Part shown: positions 1 through 11,300 of the stretch, piece after piece
Layout of the letters: the number at the start of each line of letters is the position of its first letter
Position numbering within the stretch: position 1 is the stretch's first letter
NCBI GenBank assembly: GCA_964057225.1
Contig: OZ059899.1
Span: 9,052,001 to 9,116,000 of the forward strand
DNA from: Auanema rhodensis
Lineage: Eukaryota > Animalia > Nematoda
Length of the DNA: 64,000 nucleotides
Direction of reading: 5' to 3'
Program-made: the position numbers and the translations under genes
Notes under the pieces: model-generated
Told to the model about the DNA's origin: nothing
Seen by the model: the letters and a program-made list of their open reading frames with translations, nothing else
Database searches by the model: none

Positions 1-599
1 GGAGAGGGTGAATATCGAATAACAGCCTTACGATGACGTGGTGTTCTAGGTAATATATTAATAGTAGCATCCAAGTCTGTGACAGCCAATGTGGATGTAG
101 GCACGGGATCAACTGAATCCTTGTTACTGACGGCAGGCTCTTCATTTTTTGCCTTCTTGTTAGGGCTAGAGACCCCATTACTGGCTAAAAATTTGGCTAA
201 TACTGAGAATCCATTGGGTTCCGTCTTTGTTTTATCCAGTACAAAATCCAAAATTTTTGTAATATTTGTGTTTGGTACGGGCTCATTATTAATCACAAGT
301 TGGTTATTTTTGTTTGTACGCACCTCTGGAAATCTTTCCCACAGATCGTTATACTTTCGTGGCAGCTTGTATTCTGGCAATAATGGTGGATCAGCATTTT
401 CCACTTGTACTGATATAGGCGCATCTATGCTTTCTCTATAGTTTTTGAGACGGGTAATCAAGTCTTCGTATAGTTCAGCCTTTTTATGATCGGGTATAGA
501 TTTATTCTCTCGTAAGAGCTTCAATTCAGCATCAAACTTGTCTATATTCAGCGTTTCATCATCAACAGGGATTAGACGATATTTATGATTGAGTTTCAT
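1..599 (-). CDS. Maverick basic 245-aa protein upstream of integrase (partial, runs off window start)
   Basis: ATG at 599 (MKLNHKYRLIP); matches 43388-43985. Confidence 0.8.
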   Translation of the reverse strand, partial: MKLNHKYRLIPVDDETLNIDKFDAELKLLRENKSIPDHKKAELYEDLITRLKNYRESIDAPISVQVENADPPLLPEYKLPRKYNDLWERFPEVRTNKNNQLVINNEPVPNTNITKILDFVLDKTKTEPNGFSVLAKFLASNGVSSPNKKAKNEEPAVSNKDSVDPVPTSTLAVTDLDATINILPRTPRHRKAVIRYSPS

Positions 600-699
600 C
601 TTTTAAAACCAAAATAAGCAATTCCGCATGAAACTATTGTTTTCAATTGTTTGTGTGAAATCGTTGCCAATAAAGTTTTAGCCTTTTCGGGTGTGCGTA

Positions 700-2035
700 A
701 GTAGAGAGCCGTGCAAAATTTACTAACCACGCCCCCAAACAGCTGTCAAAAACATACTTTTGGGGGCGTCAGCTGCTAAAAACATACTTTGGGGCGCGTC
801 AGCTGTCAAAAACATATTTTTGAGCGTCAGCTGTTAAAATCATATTTTGGGATCATGGTTCATGGATTCTCCTTTTTTAAATTTAAAAATCATGATTTAA
901 AGCATGATATGGGTGTAAAAGTATACTATGAATAATATATGAGCTATTAAGCAAAGTTTAAAAAGCCTAAATGTTTTACAGAGATGGCTGTTGTTTATGG
1001 CACAAACGGTAAACAATAATGTTTAAAGAGATGTAAAAACTAATTAATATGCAGATTGTTTACAGGTTCAGAGTGCGCCAACTGCTGGCAACTGTCGATC
1101 AGATGAGTATATCTGCATAAATATGCTGTAAAATCTAATTAATAAAAGAATTTCATCAGCAAACTTGATTGTAACACAATGGGTTGTACTTTACAAAAAT
1201 CTTTGTATAAAAGGTTGGCAATTTTGCTTCATTTACATTTCAGCTCTGCCAACTATCCGAGGATCCGACGTTTCACCATCTCCTGCCACTCTTTGCCAAT
1301 CGCCATAGACTGCTCCTCTCTGCAAGTTTGCCTTAATTTTCAGAAAGTTGGATCTTTAGCGGAAATGAAGCGTGCTGTACTTGCTGATGTGACAAATGTT
1401 GTGCGCAAATCGCCTGAACCTGAAGTACCGCGACCACCCACACCAGCTCCAAATTTCACAAGTTTTGGTATGAACCTTAACTTGTATTTTTTTTAATCTT
1501 TAATTTAGATTCACCAATAAAGCAGATGGAGATTCTGAGAGAGAGCATTCCACCAAAGAGTGTATTAATGAGACCAATTTGTCTCTGCAAAACTTATAGG
1601 GAATCATTGCAGGTTATAGACGAGTATCACTGTTTCAGCCTCTGTATAAAGTGTAGAGGAAGGAATGATGCGTTGGGTCTTTTGAAGGAATTTCGTCATT
1701 ATAAGCCCGAAAACTTTTCTATTAATGTAAGCTTGCATATTTATTTATTTTCAATTTTATCATTTTTTAGATGCGCTCTTATAACACCATGACGTGCAAG
1801 CAATTGTTGAACAATATGGGCTATATTGTTATATATGCAGATGAGGCTACTGTAAAGACTTTTGGTTATAAGTAGAATGTATTCTACTTTAAACTAAGTC
1901 CAGAAGCACTCAACCTGAACATGTTTATCCGCTTTGATCCTTCATTTTGACTACAACAAGCACAAATAGTACAATTGGCGTTTTATTCTTGTTTTGTTAT
2001 GTGGCATTTTTATATTCTCAGCCGTAACATTTTTT
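700..2035 (+). mobile_element. Truncated Maverick integrase-side arm (TIR plus accessory gene)
   Basis: Starts AGTAGAGAGCCGTGC after the same gtgtgcgta junction seen at 44086 and 48325; the AT-rich TIR block is deleted near 908; fused to an LTR at ~2036. Confidence 0.85.
1365..1950 (+). pseudogene. D-box/Cys-cluster Maverick accessory gene, inactivated copy (exons 1365-1467, 1509-1726, 1771-1950)
   Basis: GT-AG introns; TAG at 1873-1875 where other copies have CAG; CKTC changed to CKTY. Confidence 0.8.
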
Positions 2036-2431
2036 TATCCTTGATTTGGATATTAATGTTCCATGTTATTGACCCTTAGATTGATGTGTTGTAAAAGAAA
2101 CAATAAGATTTGAGGAAGAGAGAAAGATTTATTATAAATAAAAAACATTTAAACAATAAACAAATAAAGATAAAGATAAGTCCGCCAACTGAAGATTCAG
2201 TTGAATGGCAAGCTTATATAGCGAATGTTATCAGCATTTTCCACGAAAGGTTATAAGTTGTCAATGACAATTATAACTATCTCGGAAAATGCTGAAGCTG
2301 CAAAATATAACTGATAACATAATACACTAAGACAAGAAACTAGAATTATAAAATATAAAATATAAAACACAGAATAAAGAAATACATACAAATTATAGAA
2401 AGAATAAAGTACAGAATTATAAAGTATAACA
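2036..2431 (-). repeat. LTR 1 of gag-only element (terminal TGTAA lost, more diverged)
   Basis: Aligns by eye to 4758-5158; ends gtataaca. Confidence 0.8.
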
Positions 2432-2488
2432 TGCTACCGCTCTTGAAGTCCTGTGTCCTCACAGGTATGCATAAGGTTTCCAAAATTT

Positions 2489-2909
2489 TCATAATGTTGC
2501 AGCAAGCTTTTTGATGAGATCCTTATGTACTTTTCTCATCTTTCCTTGACTCATTTCCAATTCCACATATGAGTTGTATACGCCTGTAATTTTGAACGGT
2601 CCATTAAGTGGGTCGCAATTTGCCGTGAACCGTCATATCCTTCAATAGTACCATTTCACCTATTTCAAATGTACGTGATGCTATTCGGTTACTATTATTC
2701 AGTCGATGTTGTTGTTCAATTGATTTTTGTTTAATTTTCTCTTGAATAGAATTCCAGGTATTTTTCCGATTTTCATTTCTTTCCAATAATTCGTCATTTT
2801 CTGGAGAATTTAGAATAGGTTGTCTCGATTTCCTCTTGGATAATTGTTGCGAGGTTCTCTCGTATGATGATGACTCTCCATTGAGTAGTTGTTTCCATAA
2901 TTTTGTCAA
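2489..2909 (-). pseudogene. Integrase C-terminal GPY/F-domain remnant of the gag-only element
   Basis: FEIGEMVLLK..KLRPT, frameshift, NGPFKI..KVHKDLIK; parallels KGDQVML..KLRKSYDGPFEV..VHKDNLK in the large element; copy 2 (5275-5565) lacks ~68 bp including GPF. Confidence 0.7.
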
Positions 2910-3010
2910 GGGCCAGAGTTCCTGCTGAATTTATTTTTGAAATTCCTCCAAGGGTTTCTTGGATTGTTGCCATTGTTCCGTTCGAAATCTCGTGGCTGCT
3001 GATGGTTCCT

Positions 3011-3637
3011 TTAGTTCCTATTTTCCTTCATGGTGATCTTCTGAACTGCAGAAATCAACTCTTGCATAGTTGAGTTTTCTTCATGCTGTTTCTTATAGTT
3101 AGCACGAATTGCTTCTTCAAAACGTGCTGTCCTTTTTGCTTCCTCATAAGTCTTCGGATCTTTTCCTTGAACAATTATGCCTAAATCAGCGTTCAATCCA
3201 TTTAAGAAAGCTGATCTTAATATGAGCTCTCTTTCTCGATCAGTTGGGCTCATAATACTGGAAGCCATTTCTTCCAAGTATGAGGCAAACTGAGTAACAG
3301 TTTTCTCTCCTTGCGTCGAGCGTAGCAACTTCGCGATCGTGAAATTCCTTTCCGTGGCAGGGCAAAGTAACTCTGCCAATTGTGAAACAAGGTCTTTCCA
3401 AGGCCCTCGTTCACGAATTTCGGAAGGAATCGAGTTATATGCAGAGATCGCAGAATCATTCTGCTGAAGCAGCAGAGGAAAAAGAAAAATTCTTTCAATT
3501 ACCGAAAGTCCCGCAGCATTCGCGAATCGGTTAAATATATCGATGTACGATCGAAAGCTTCGGCTACCATCGTATTTAGGGCAGTGTGGACTGCCTAGAA
3601 CTTTTGTTAAGTTTTTGGTCAACTCTGGAGATGCCAT
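3011..3637 (-). CDS. gag: Retrotransposon Gag (capsid region), 208-aa open segment
   Basis: SPHCPKYDGSRSF, TQGEKTVTQFA, LRSAFLNGL, PKTYEEA; homologous to the Gag in 13168-16677. Confidence 0.85.
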   Translation of the reverse strand: MASPELTKNLTKVLGSPHCPKYDGSRSFRSYIDIFNRFANAAGLSVIERIFLFPLLLQQNDSAISAYNSIPSEIRERGPWKDLVSQLAELLCPATERNFTIAKLLRSTQGEKTVTQFASYLEEMASSIMSPTDRERELILRSAFLNGLNADLGIIVQGKDPKTYEEAKRTARFEEAIRANYKKQHEENSTMQELISAVQKITMKENRN

Positions 3638-4744
3638 TAAATTAGGCGTTTACAGAGTTGAATCTCTGTTTGATTGCTCATGTGGTCTCATGTTGAGTAG
3701 GAGCTTCAGAGGTAGTTTTTCGCGCTGGGGAGTTTTTTCTTTTTTCGGTGTTACAGCCAAGTGTGTTGGCGTTTTTTCGTCGTCCGATGGACTTAAATCG
3801 TTGTCAAACGAGTCGTCACTATCGGGAAAAGGAAATCGAGAAATACGATTTCTCTTGTCTCTTAATCTTTGAGAAGTACGGAAAGGCGTATCCGTATAAT
3901 TATTCTTGGAGGTTGCCGTTTTGGAAAAGGAGGAAAGTCAGAACAATCTACAATGTAAAATAGTGGAATAAGTTAGTAAACAAGATAAGAATATGAATAG
4001 TTGATAGTGAATAAATTAGTGAATAACATGAAAAAAAAATCGAAGAAAAAAAAGATATATAATAATATGGGTTGAAGATTAATTAATTAATGAACTCATA
4101 CAAAAACAAACTATAGAGAGGAAAAAAAAAGTGAATATAATTAATTGTTAAGATGATGATAGGATATGATTATGTGACAATGTGATTCATAAATTAGAGA
4201 AGTGAGTATGGCGGACAAATCAAAATCTCAATTGTTACTGAATAACAATGAATTACCAAACAAGGCATCTTTCAAATTCCAAAGTCTTTGTTTCAACTTG
4301 AATCAACAATCAAAAAATTATGAGAGGAAGGTTTAAATTCAAATATGACAAATGATACAGCGGATGTTATTTTCTTACAGTGGCCATTCTGTTAGTACAA
4401 ACTTGTAATCTTTATCAAAAATATCGCAAATTGACTTTATTAAGGTCCAATTTTGCTTATATCAAACAGCTTTTCCATTTCCAAAAAATATATATTTTTC
4501 GCCACAATGAAAAATCAAAAATACAACTGCGCAGAAAGAAAAAGAAATCGAAAAGTTGGCCAATTCAGTATCTCACCCTTGCGCAAAATATCAACCCTGT
4601 TTATTAAAAAAATGAGTGAGACCCTTCGTACTGAATTGGAAAGAGAGGTGGTAGCCCAGGGAAATAGCTCAAAAAAATATATTCTCTTTAACTGAATGAT
4701 AATTCATAATTTAATCGAGTTCGAAAATCGTAAAAAGATTCTAA

Positions 4745-4757
4745 GGTGGAACCTCCA
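4745..4757 (-). promoter_or_regulatory. Primer-binding site complementary to the tRNA-Gln 3' end
   Basis: Minus-strand TGGAGGTTCCACC directly after the LTR; eukaryotic tRNA-Gln ends ...GGTGGAACCT+CCA. Confidence 0.8.
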
Positions 4758-5158
4758 TGTAATATCCTTGATTTGGATATTAATGTTCCATGTTATTGAC
4801 CCTTAGATTGATGTGTTGTGAAAGAAACAATAAGATTTGAGGAAGAGAGAAAGATTTATTATAAATAAAAAACATTTAAACAATAAACAAATAAAGATAA
4901 AGATAAATCCGCCAACTGAAGATTCAGTTGAATGGCAAGCTTATATAGCGAATGTTATCAGCATTTTCCACGCAAGGTTTTAAGTTGTCAATGACAATTG
5001 TAATTATCCTGGAAAATGCTGAGGTTGTAAAATATAACTGATAACATAATACACTAAGACAAGAAATTAGAATTAAGAAATATGAAATACAGAATAAAGA
5101 ATAAAGAAATACATAAAAATTATAGAAAGAATAAAGTACAGAATTATAAAGTATTACA
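4758..5158 (-). repeat. LTR 2 (shared between the two internal regions)
   Basis: TGTAATA...TATTACA termini; minus-strand AATAAA and TATATAAG. Confidence 0.9.
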
Positions 5159-5666
5159 TGATACCGCTCTTGAAGTCCTGTGTCCTCACAGGTATAAGGT
5201 TTGTAAAATTTTTCATAATGTTGCAGCAAGCTTTTTGATGAGATCCTTATGTACTTATCTCATCTTCCCTTGACTTATTTCCAATTCCACATATGAGTTG
5301 TATACGCCATTTCACCTATTTCAAATGTACGTGATGCTATTCGGTTACTATTATTCAGTCGATGTTGTTGTTCAATTGATTTTTGTTTAATTTTCTCTTG
5401 AATAGAATTCCAGGTATTTTTCCGATTTTCATTTCTTTCCAATAATTCGTCATTTTCTGGAGAATTTAGAATAGGTTGTCTCGATTTCCTCTTGGATAAT
5501 TGTTGCGAGGTTCTCTCGTATGATGATGACTCTCCATTGAGTAGTTGTTTCCATAATTTTGTCAAGGGCCAGAGTTCCTGCTGAATTTATTTTTGAAATT
5601 CCTCCAAGGGTTTCTTGGATTGTTGCCATTGTTCCGTTCGAAATCTCGTGGCTGCTGATGGTTCCT

Positions 5667-6293
5667 TTAGTTCCTATTTTCCTTCATGGTGATCTTCTGA
5701 ACTGCAGAAATCAACTCTTGCATAGTTGAGTTTTCTTCATGCTGTTTCTTATAGTTAGCACGAATTGCTTCTTCAAAACGTGCTGTCCTTTTTGCTTCCT
5801 CATAAGTCTTCGGATCTTTTCCTTGAACAATTATGCCTAAATCAGCGTTCAATCCATTTAAGAAAGCTGATCTTAATATGAGCTCTCTTTCTCGATCAGT
5901 TGGGCTCATAATACTGGAAGCCATTTCTTCCAAGTATGAGGCAAACTGAGTAACAGTTTTCTCTCCTTGCGTCGAGCGTAGCAACTTCGCGATCGTGAAA
6001 TTCCTTTCCGTGGCAGGGCAAAGTAACTCTGCCAATTGTGAAACAAGGTCTTTCCAAGGCCCTCGTTCACGAATTTCGGAAGGAATCGAGTTATATGCAG
6101 AGATCGCAGAATCATTCTGCTGAAGCAGCAGAGGAAAAAGAAAAATTCTTTCAATTACCGAAAGTCCCGCAGCATTCGCGAATCGGTTAAATATATCGAT
6201 GTACGATCGAAAGCTTCGGCTACCATCGTATTTAGGGCAGTGTGGACTGCCTAGAACTTTTGTTAAGTTTTTGGTCAACTCTGGAGATGCCAT
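5667..6293 (-). CDS. gag: Retrotransposon Gag, second identical copy
   Basis: Translation identical to 3011-3637. Confidence 0.85.
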   Translation of the reverse strand: MASPELTKNLTKVLGSPHCPKYDGSRSFRSYIDIFNRFANAAGLSVIERIFLFPLLLQQNDSAISAYNSIPSEIRERGPWKDLVSQLAELLCPATERNFTIAKLLRSTQGEKTVTQFASYLEEMASSIMSPTDRERELILRSAFLNGLNADLGIIVQGKDPKTYEEAKRTARFEEAIRANYKKQHEENSTMQELISAVQKITMKENRN

Positions 6294-7400
6294 TAAATTA
6301 GGCGTTTACAGAGTTGAATCTCTGTTTGATTGCTCATGTGGTCTCATGTTGAGTAGGAGCTTCAGAGGTAGTTTTTCGCGCTGGGGAGTTTTTTCTTTTT
6401 TCGGTGTTACAGCCAAGTGTGTTGGCGTTTTTTCGTCGTCCGATGGACTTAAATCGTTGTCAAACGAGTCGTCACTATCGGGAAAAGGAAATCGAGAAAT
6501 ACGATTTCTCTTGTCTCTTAATCTTTGAGAAGTACGGAAAGGCGTATCCGTATAATTATTCTTGGAGGTTGCCGTTTTGGAAAAGGAGGAAAGTCAGAAC
6601 AATCTACAATGTAAAATAGTGGAATAAGTTAGTAAACAAGATAAGAATATGAATAGTTGATAGTGAATAAATTAGTGAATAACATGAAAAAAAAATCGAA
6701 GAAAAAAAAGATATATAATAATATGGGTTGAAGATTAATTAATTAATGAACTCATACAAAAACAAACTATAGAGAGGAAAAAAAAAGTGAATATAATTAA
6801 TTGTTAAGATGATGATAGGATATGATTATGTGACAATGTGATTCATAAATTAGAGAAGTGAGTATGGCGGACAAATCAAAATCTCAATTGTTACTGAATA
6901 ACAATGAATTACCAAACAAGGCATCTTTCAAATTCCAAAGTCTTTGTTTCAACTTGAATCAACAATCAAAAAATTATGAGAGGAAGGTTTAAATTCAAAT
7001 ATGACAAATGATACAGCGGATGTTATTTTCTTACAGTGGCCATTCTGTTAGTACAAACTTGTAATCTTTATCAAAAATATCGCAAATTGACTTTATTAAG
7101 GTCCAATTTTGCTTATATCAAACAGCTTTTCCATTTCCAAAAAATATATATTTTTCGCCACAATGAAAAATCAAAAATACAACTGCGCAGAAAGAAAAAG
7201 AAATCGAAAAGTTGGCCAATTCAGTATCTCACCCTTGCGCAAAATATCAACCCTGTTTATTAAAAAAATGAGTGAGACCCTTCGTACTGAATTGGAAAGA
7301 GAGGTGGTAGCCCAGGGAAATAGCTCAAAAAAATATATTCTCTTTAACTGAATGATAATTCATAATTTAATCGAGTTCGAAAATCGTAAAAAGATTCTAA

Positions 7401-7413
7401 GGTGGAACCTCCA
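7401..7413 (-). promoter_or_regulatory. tRNA-Gln primer-binding site
   Basis: Plus-strand ggtggaacctcca abutting LTR 3. Confidence 0.8.
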
Positions 7414-7814
7414 TGTAATATCCTTGATTTGGATATTAATGTTCCATGTTATTGACCCTTAGATTGATGTGTTGTGAAAGAAACAATAAGATTTGAGGAA
7501 GAGAGAAAGATTTATTATAAATAAAAAACATTTAAACAATAAACAAATAAAGATAAAGATAAATCCGCCAACTGAAGATAAGGTTGAATGGCAAGCTTAT
7601 ATAGCGAATGTTATCAGCATTTTCCACGCAAGGTTTTAAGTTGTCAATGACAATTGTAATTATCCTGGAAAATGCTGAGGTTGTAAAATATAACTGATAA
7701 CATAATACACTAAGACAAGAAATTAGAATTAAGAAATATGAAATACAGAATAAAGAATAAAGAAATACATAAAAATTATAGAAAGAATAAAGTACAGAAT
7801 TATAAAGTATTACA
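7414..7814 (-). repeat. LTR 3 (5' LTR of the array)
   Basis: 401 bp, near-identical to LTR 2. Confidence 0.9.
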
Positions 7815-8385
7815 GCTTGTTTCAATCGTAGCAGAAGGTTTAGTTTTAAAAAATAAAATTTACAATGTTAACATAAAAATAGTAAAGATAAATTACAATA
7901 TAATGTTAAACAATATTATCTGAAAAGAATTTAATAAAAATTATTTGAAAATACATGAATATTAAGGAATAAAACAATCTTTTAGAATACCAGGGCTATA
8001 TTTTGTCAGCGAGAGTGCGCAAAATAGCTTTTTAGGCACGACGCTGCATGTCTAACTTGTTTGAGTATAGAGAAACGAGAGTCATGCTATATTATCGATG
8101 GAGCTAGCATGTTTCTTCAGCGTATTCAAAGCGAATTGTAATAATAAAAAAAAATTAAACTAAATCCCATATAATTTCCGGAATTGAATCATTAACTACT
8201 TGATAAGGACTGTTGCTCAGATGAATATGCAATATAATGTCTCTTATCTTTCATTTCTTCATTATTTACGGGAAATTATTTGAAATTGATGAAGTTTTAT
8301 AATCATATATGCTTTGAAACTGAAATGCTTTTTGATTATTAGCTTACATCTCGTCTTACTCAAGTTTTTCAATGATATAATAATA

Positions 8386-11300
8386 TTAATAGCTCTGGTT
8401 TTTTAAAAGAGAGTTGATACAAAGTTTTACAATAATTTTATCAATCTCGAAATTATTTCTTTCATCGTTTCTTCTTGGTGGTAGCCAATTTTGGTCCGAT
8501 GGGTCTTCTGGTTCTGTTTCTTCAGTAGAGTCATAGTTATCGTTACCATTTATGACTTTTATGATCTCAATATTGCTGTCGTCGTCCGTGTCATAAGTCG
8601 TTGTATTGGATCGCGTGTTTTGAGCGATTGTATGGTCCATTTTGCGTTCAAAAAGTTTGAGATTGTCTTTGTGTACGTCTTGAATTTTTCCAAATGGATT
8701 CTTGAGTTGTACCATGTTTCCTTCAACGTTGATGACTTCAAATGGTCCATCATATGATTTGCGAAGCTTTTGACCTGGTTTATGCGCTTTAATTGCTAAC
8801 ATAACTTGGTCTCCTTTTCGGATATCTCTTTCTTCTATTCGTTGTCGTCCATCATGTTTTCTCTTCGCGGTTTCTTGATGTTTTGCAAGATTTTCTTGAA
8901 TTATGGTTCTTCTTTCTCCTCTGATATATTCGGTATTCTCAATTTCTTCCAAGATCTCTGGTTGTAATGTCTCGGGGAATAATTCTTTGTCTAATCTCAT
9001 ACGACTTTCTTTTCCGAATAATGCTATGTATGGAGAGATTCCTGTGGTTGCGTGTGTTATTGTATTTAACGCAAAAGTAATTTTTGGTAAATACATGTCC
9101 CAATCAGTTACGTCTTCGTTCAGATAGTGTGTTAATCCTTCTTCTAGCGTTCTGTGTAGTCTTTCGACTTGTCCATTAGAATTTTTCTGATGAGGGAGTG
9201 TTGGCTCGTGTTTAATGCCAAGTTTTTCACACATGTCTTCAAATTTCTTTGATACAAAGTTAGATCCACGATCGGTTATTAAACGATTTGGTGGTCCAAA
9301 AATATATACGAAATTCCTGAGGAATCTATCAATGATGACATCGGTGACAATTGTTGGTATAGCGATGGTTGTAGCCCATTTGGAGAATGAATCTTGTATT
9401 GTTAGGACATAATTGTTGTTTCTTTTTGAAGTAGGGAATGGTCCCATAATATCCATATGTATTCTCTCAAATGGTTTTGATGGTATTTCAAATTGACCCA
9501 TAGGCTGAACGGTCATAGCGTGAGGATCTTTCTTCCTTTGTGCGCATTTAACGCATTGTTTCACAAAAATTGCTATGTCCGTTTGCATATTTGTCCAGCA
9601 GAATCTTCGTAGTATGGCTTCTTTAGTTTTGTTAATTCCGTGATGTGCTCCAATTGCTGGGTCTTCGTGAAATTCTTCGATAACCTTGTTGATAAGTTCG
9701 CTTTCCCTTGGTAAAATCAAAGCTGGGTGTGGTCGTTTTCTGCTTGGTTTTGTGTATAACATGTTGTCAATAACACAATAACGATCATTAGAAAGCATGT
9801 TCTTTTTCGCTCTGTATTCTATTTCGGCGATAGTTCTCTTTATCCAAGGTGTATCCTCTTGAATTGCTCTAATGTCAGGTACATTAACGAAATTAATTTG
9901 AGCTTTCGGAATTTCTTTTGTTTTCTTTTGCTTTTCCGGTTTAGGATCGTTTGCTTCATCTCCAATGTATCGTGAGAGAGCATCACAGACTTTGTTTAGT
10001 CTGCCTTCTCGGTATCTTATCTCGATATCGTATTCCTGTATGACTAATTGAAATTTTGCTAGTCTTCCAAAAAGGTCTCTACGAGTCAATAAGCTTGTTA
10101 ATGGTCGATGGTCTGTGATACAGATTGTATGTGATCCAAGTATATATGTTCGAAACTGAGCTAAAGCGTATACGAGTCCTAACGCTTCTATTTCAATAGG
10201 AGCATAGTTACGTTCTGCTTTTACAAGTTTACGGCTTGCAAATGCAATTGGATGTAAGTTTTTGAGTGGTTCATTGGGATCTTCAGGTTGTAGTAACACT
10301 GCTCCCACTGCGATATTACTACCGTCACTTTTTATAATGAACATACGGTCTGATCTTGGTGGTTTTAAGACCGGTGCTTGGATCAATTTTCTTTTTAGTG
10401 TATCAACAGCTTGTTGACTTCTGTCATTCCATTGAAATTCCACATCAAGTTTTGTAAGGTCGTATAAAGGGCTTGCGATGTGTGCAAAATCCTTAATAAA
10501 TTTTCGAAAGAATCCTACCATTCCCAAAAATGCTCTTACTCCTGTAGGTGACTTTGGAGCAGGATAGTCTTGAATGGCGGATACTTTCTGTGGATCTGGT
10601 TTGACCCCATCTCTTCCGACAATTAAACCAAGAAATTTTACTTCAGGTCTTGCAAAAGCGCATTTCTTGAGTTTTATTTTCATGCCTAATTTCTTTACTT
10701 CTCTCAGAATCTCAGCTATATCGTCAAGATGTTGTTCTGCAGTGTCTGATATAACGAGTAAATCATCCAAATAAACAAAGAGTCGGCATTTACATCTGCT
10801 TAGAAGGTATCGTACTGCTGTTTGAAAGGTATGTGGCGCTCCACATAACCCCATAGGCATCCTTCTATATTGATAAGTACCGGTGTTTGTTGTAAATGCT
10901 GTTAATGGTCGATCTGATTTCTTTAATGCTATTTGGAAAAATCCGGATACTAAATCAAAGTTAGAAAAATATTGTGATCCGGCTGCCATATCGACAATGT
11001 CAGAGATGTTAGGTATGATGTACGTTTGCTTGCGAATGACGTTATTTAGAGCACGGAAATCGGTTACGAAACGGAATGTTTCATCTTTCTTTTTGACTAA
11101 AACTACAGGACTATTGAAAAGAGATGTGGATGGTTCAATTATATTTTGCTTCAGCATCTCCTGTACCTGTCTTTCGACTTCTTCTTGTTTGCCTATAGGG
11201 ATACGCGTTATACGCGGTCTAGGTATGTCCATATCTGTTCTTAGAGGTATTGAATGCTCTACAGGTCCTTTAAATAGTCCTATTTGTTTATCCTCATTTA

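Larger units (their letters stand above)
2036..7814 (-). mobile_element. Tandem array (2 internal regions, 3 LTRs) of a non-autonomous gag-only Ty3/Gypsy LTR retrotransposon
   Basis: 2656-bp period; 401-bp LTRs TGTAATA...TATTACA; PBS abuts the LTR; gag ORF; no PR/RT/RNaseH. Confidence 0.9.

Noticed and set aside
79-441. 120-aa ORF recurring at 37508, 43465, 47704 and 51944
   Set aside because: Antisense shadow of the conserved 245-aa gene, with a GTG start; recurrence only reflects the repeat
4924-5229. Hydrophobic ORF in the LTR (also 7532-7825) as a membrane protein
   Set aside because: Low-complexity T-rich LTR sequence; starts differ between copies
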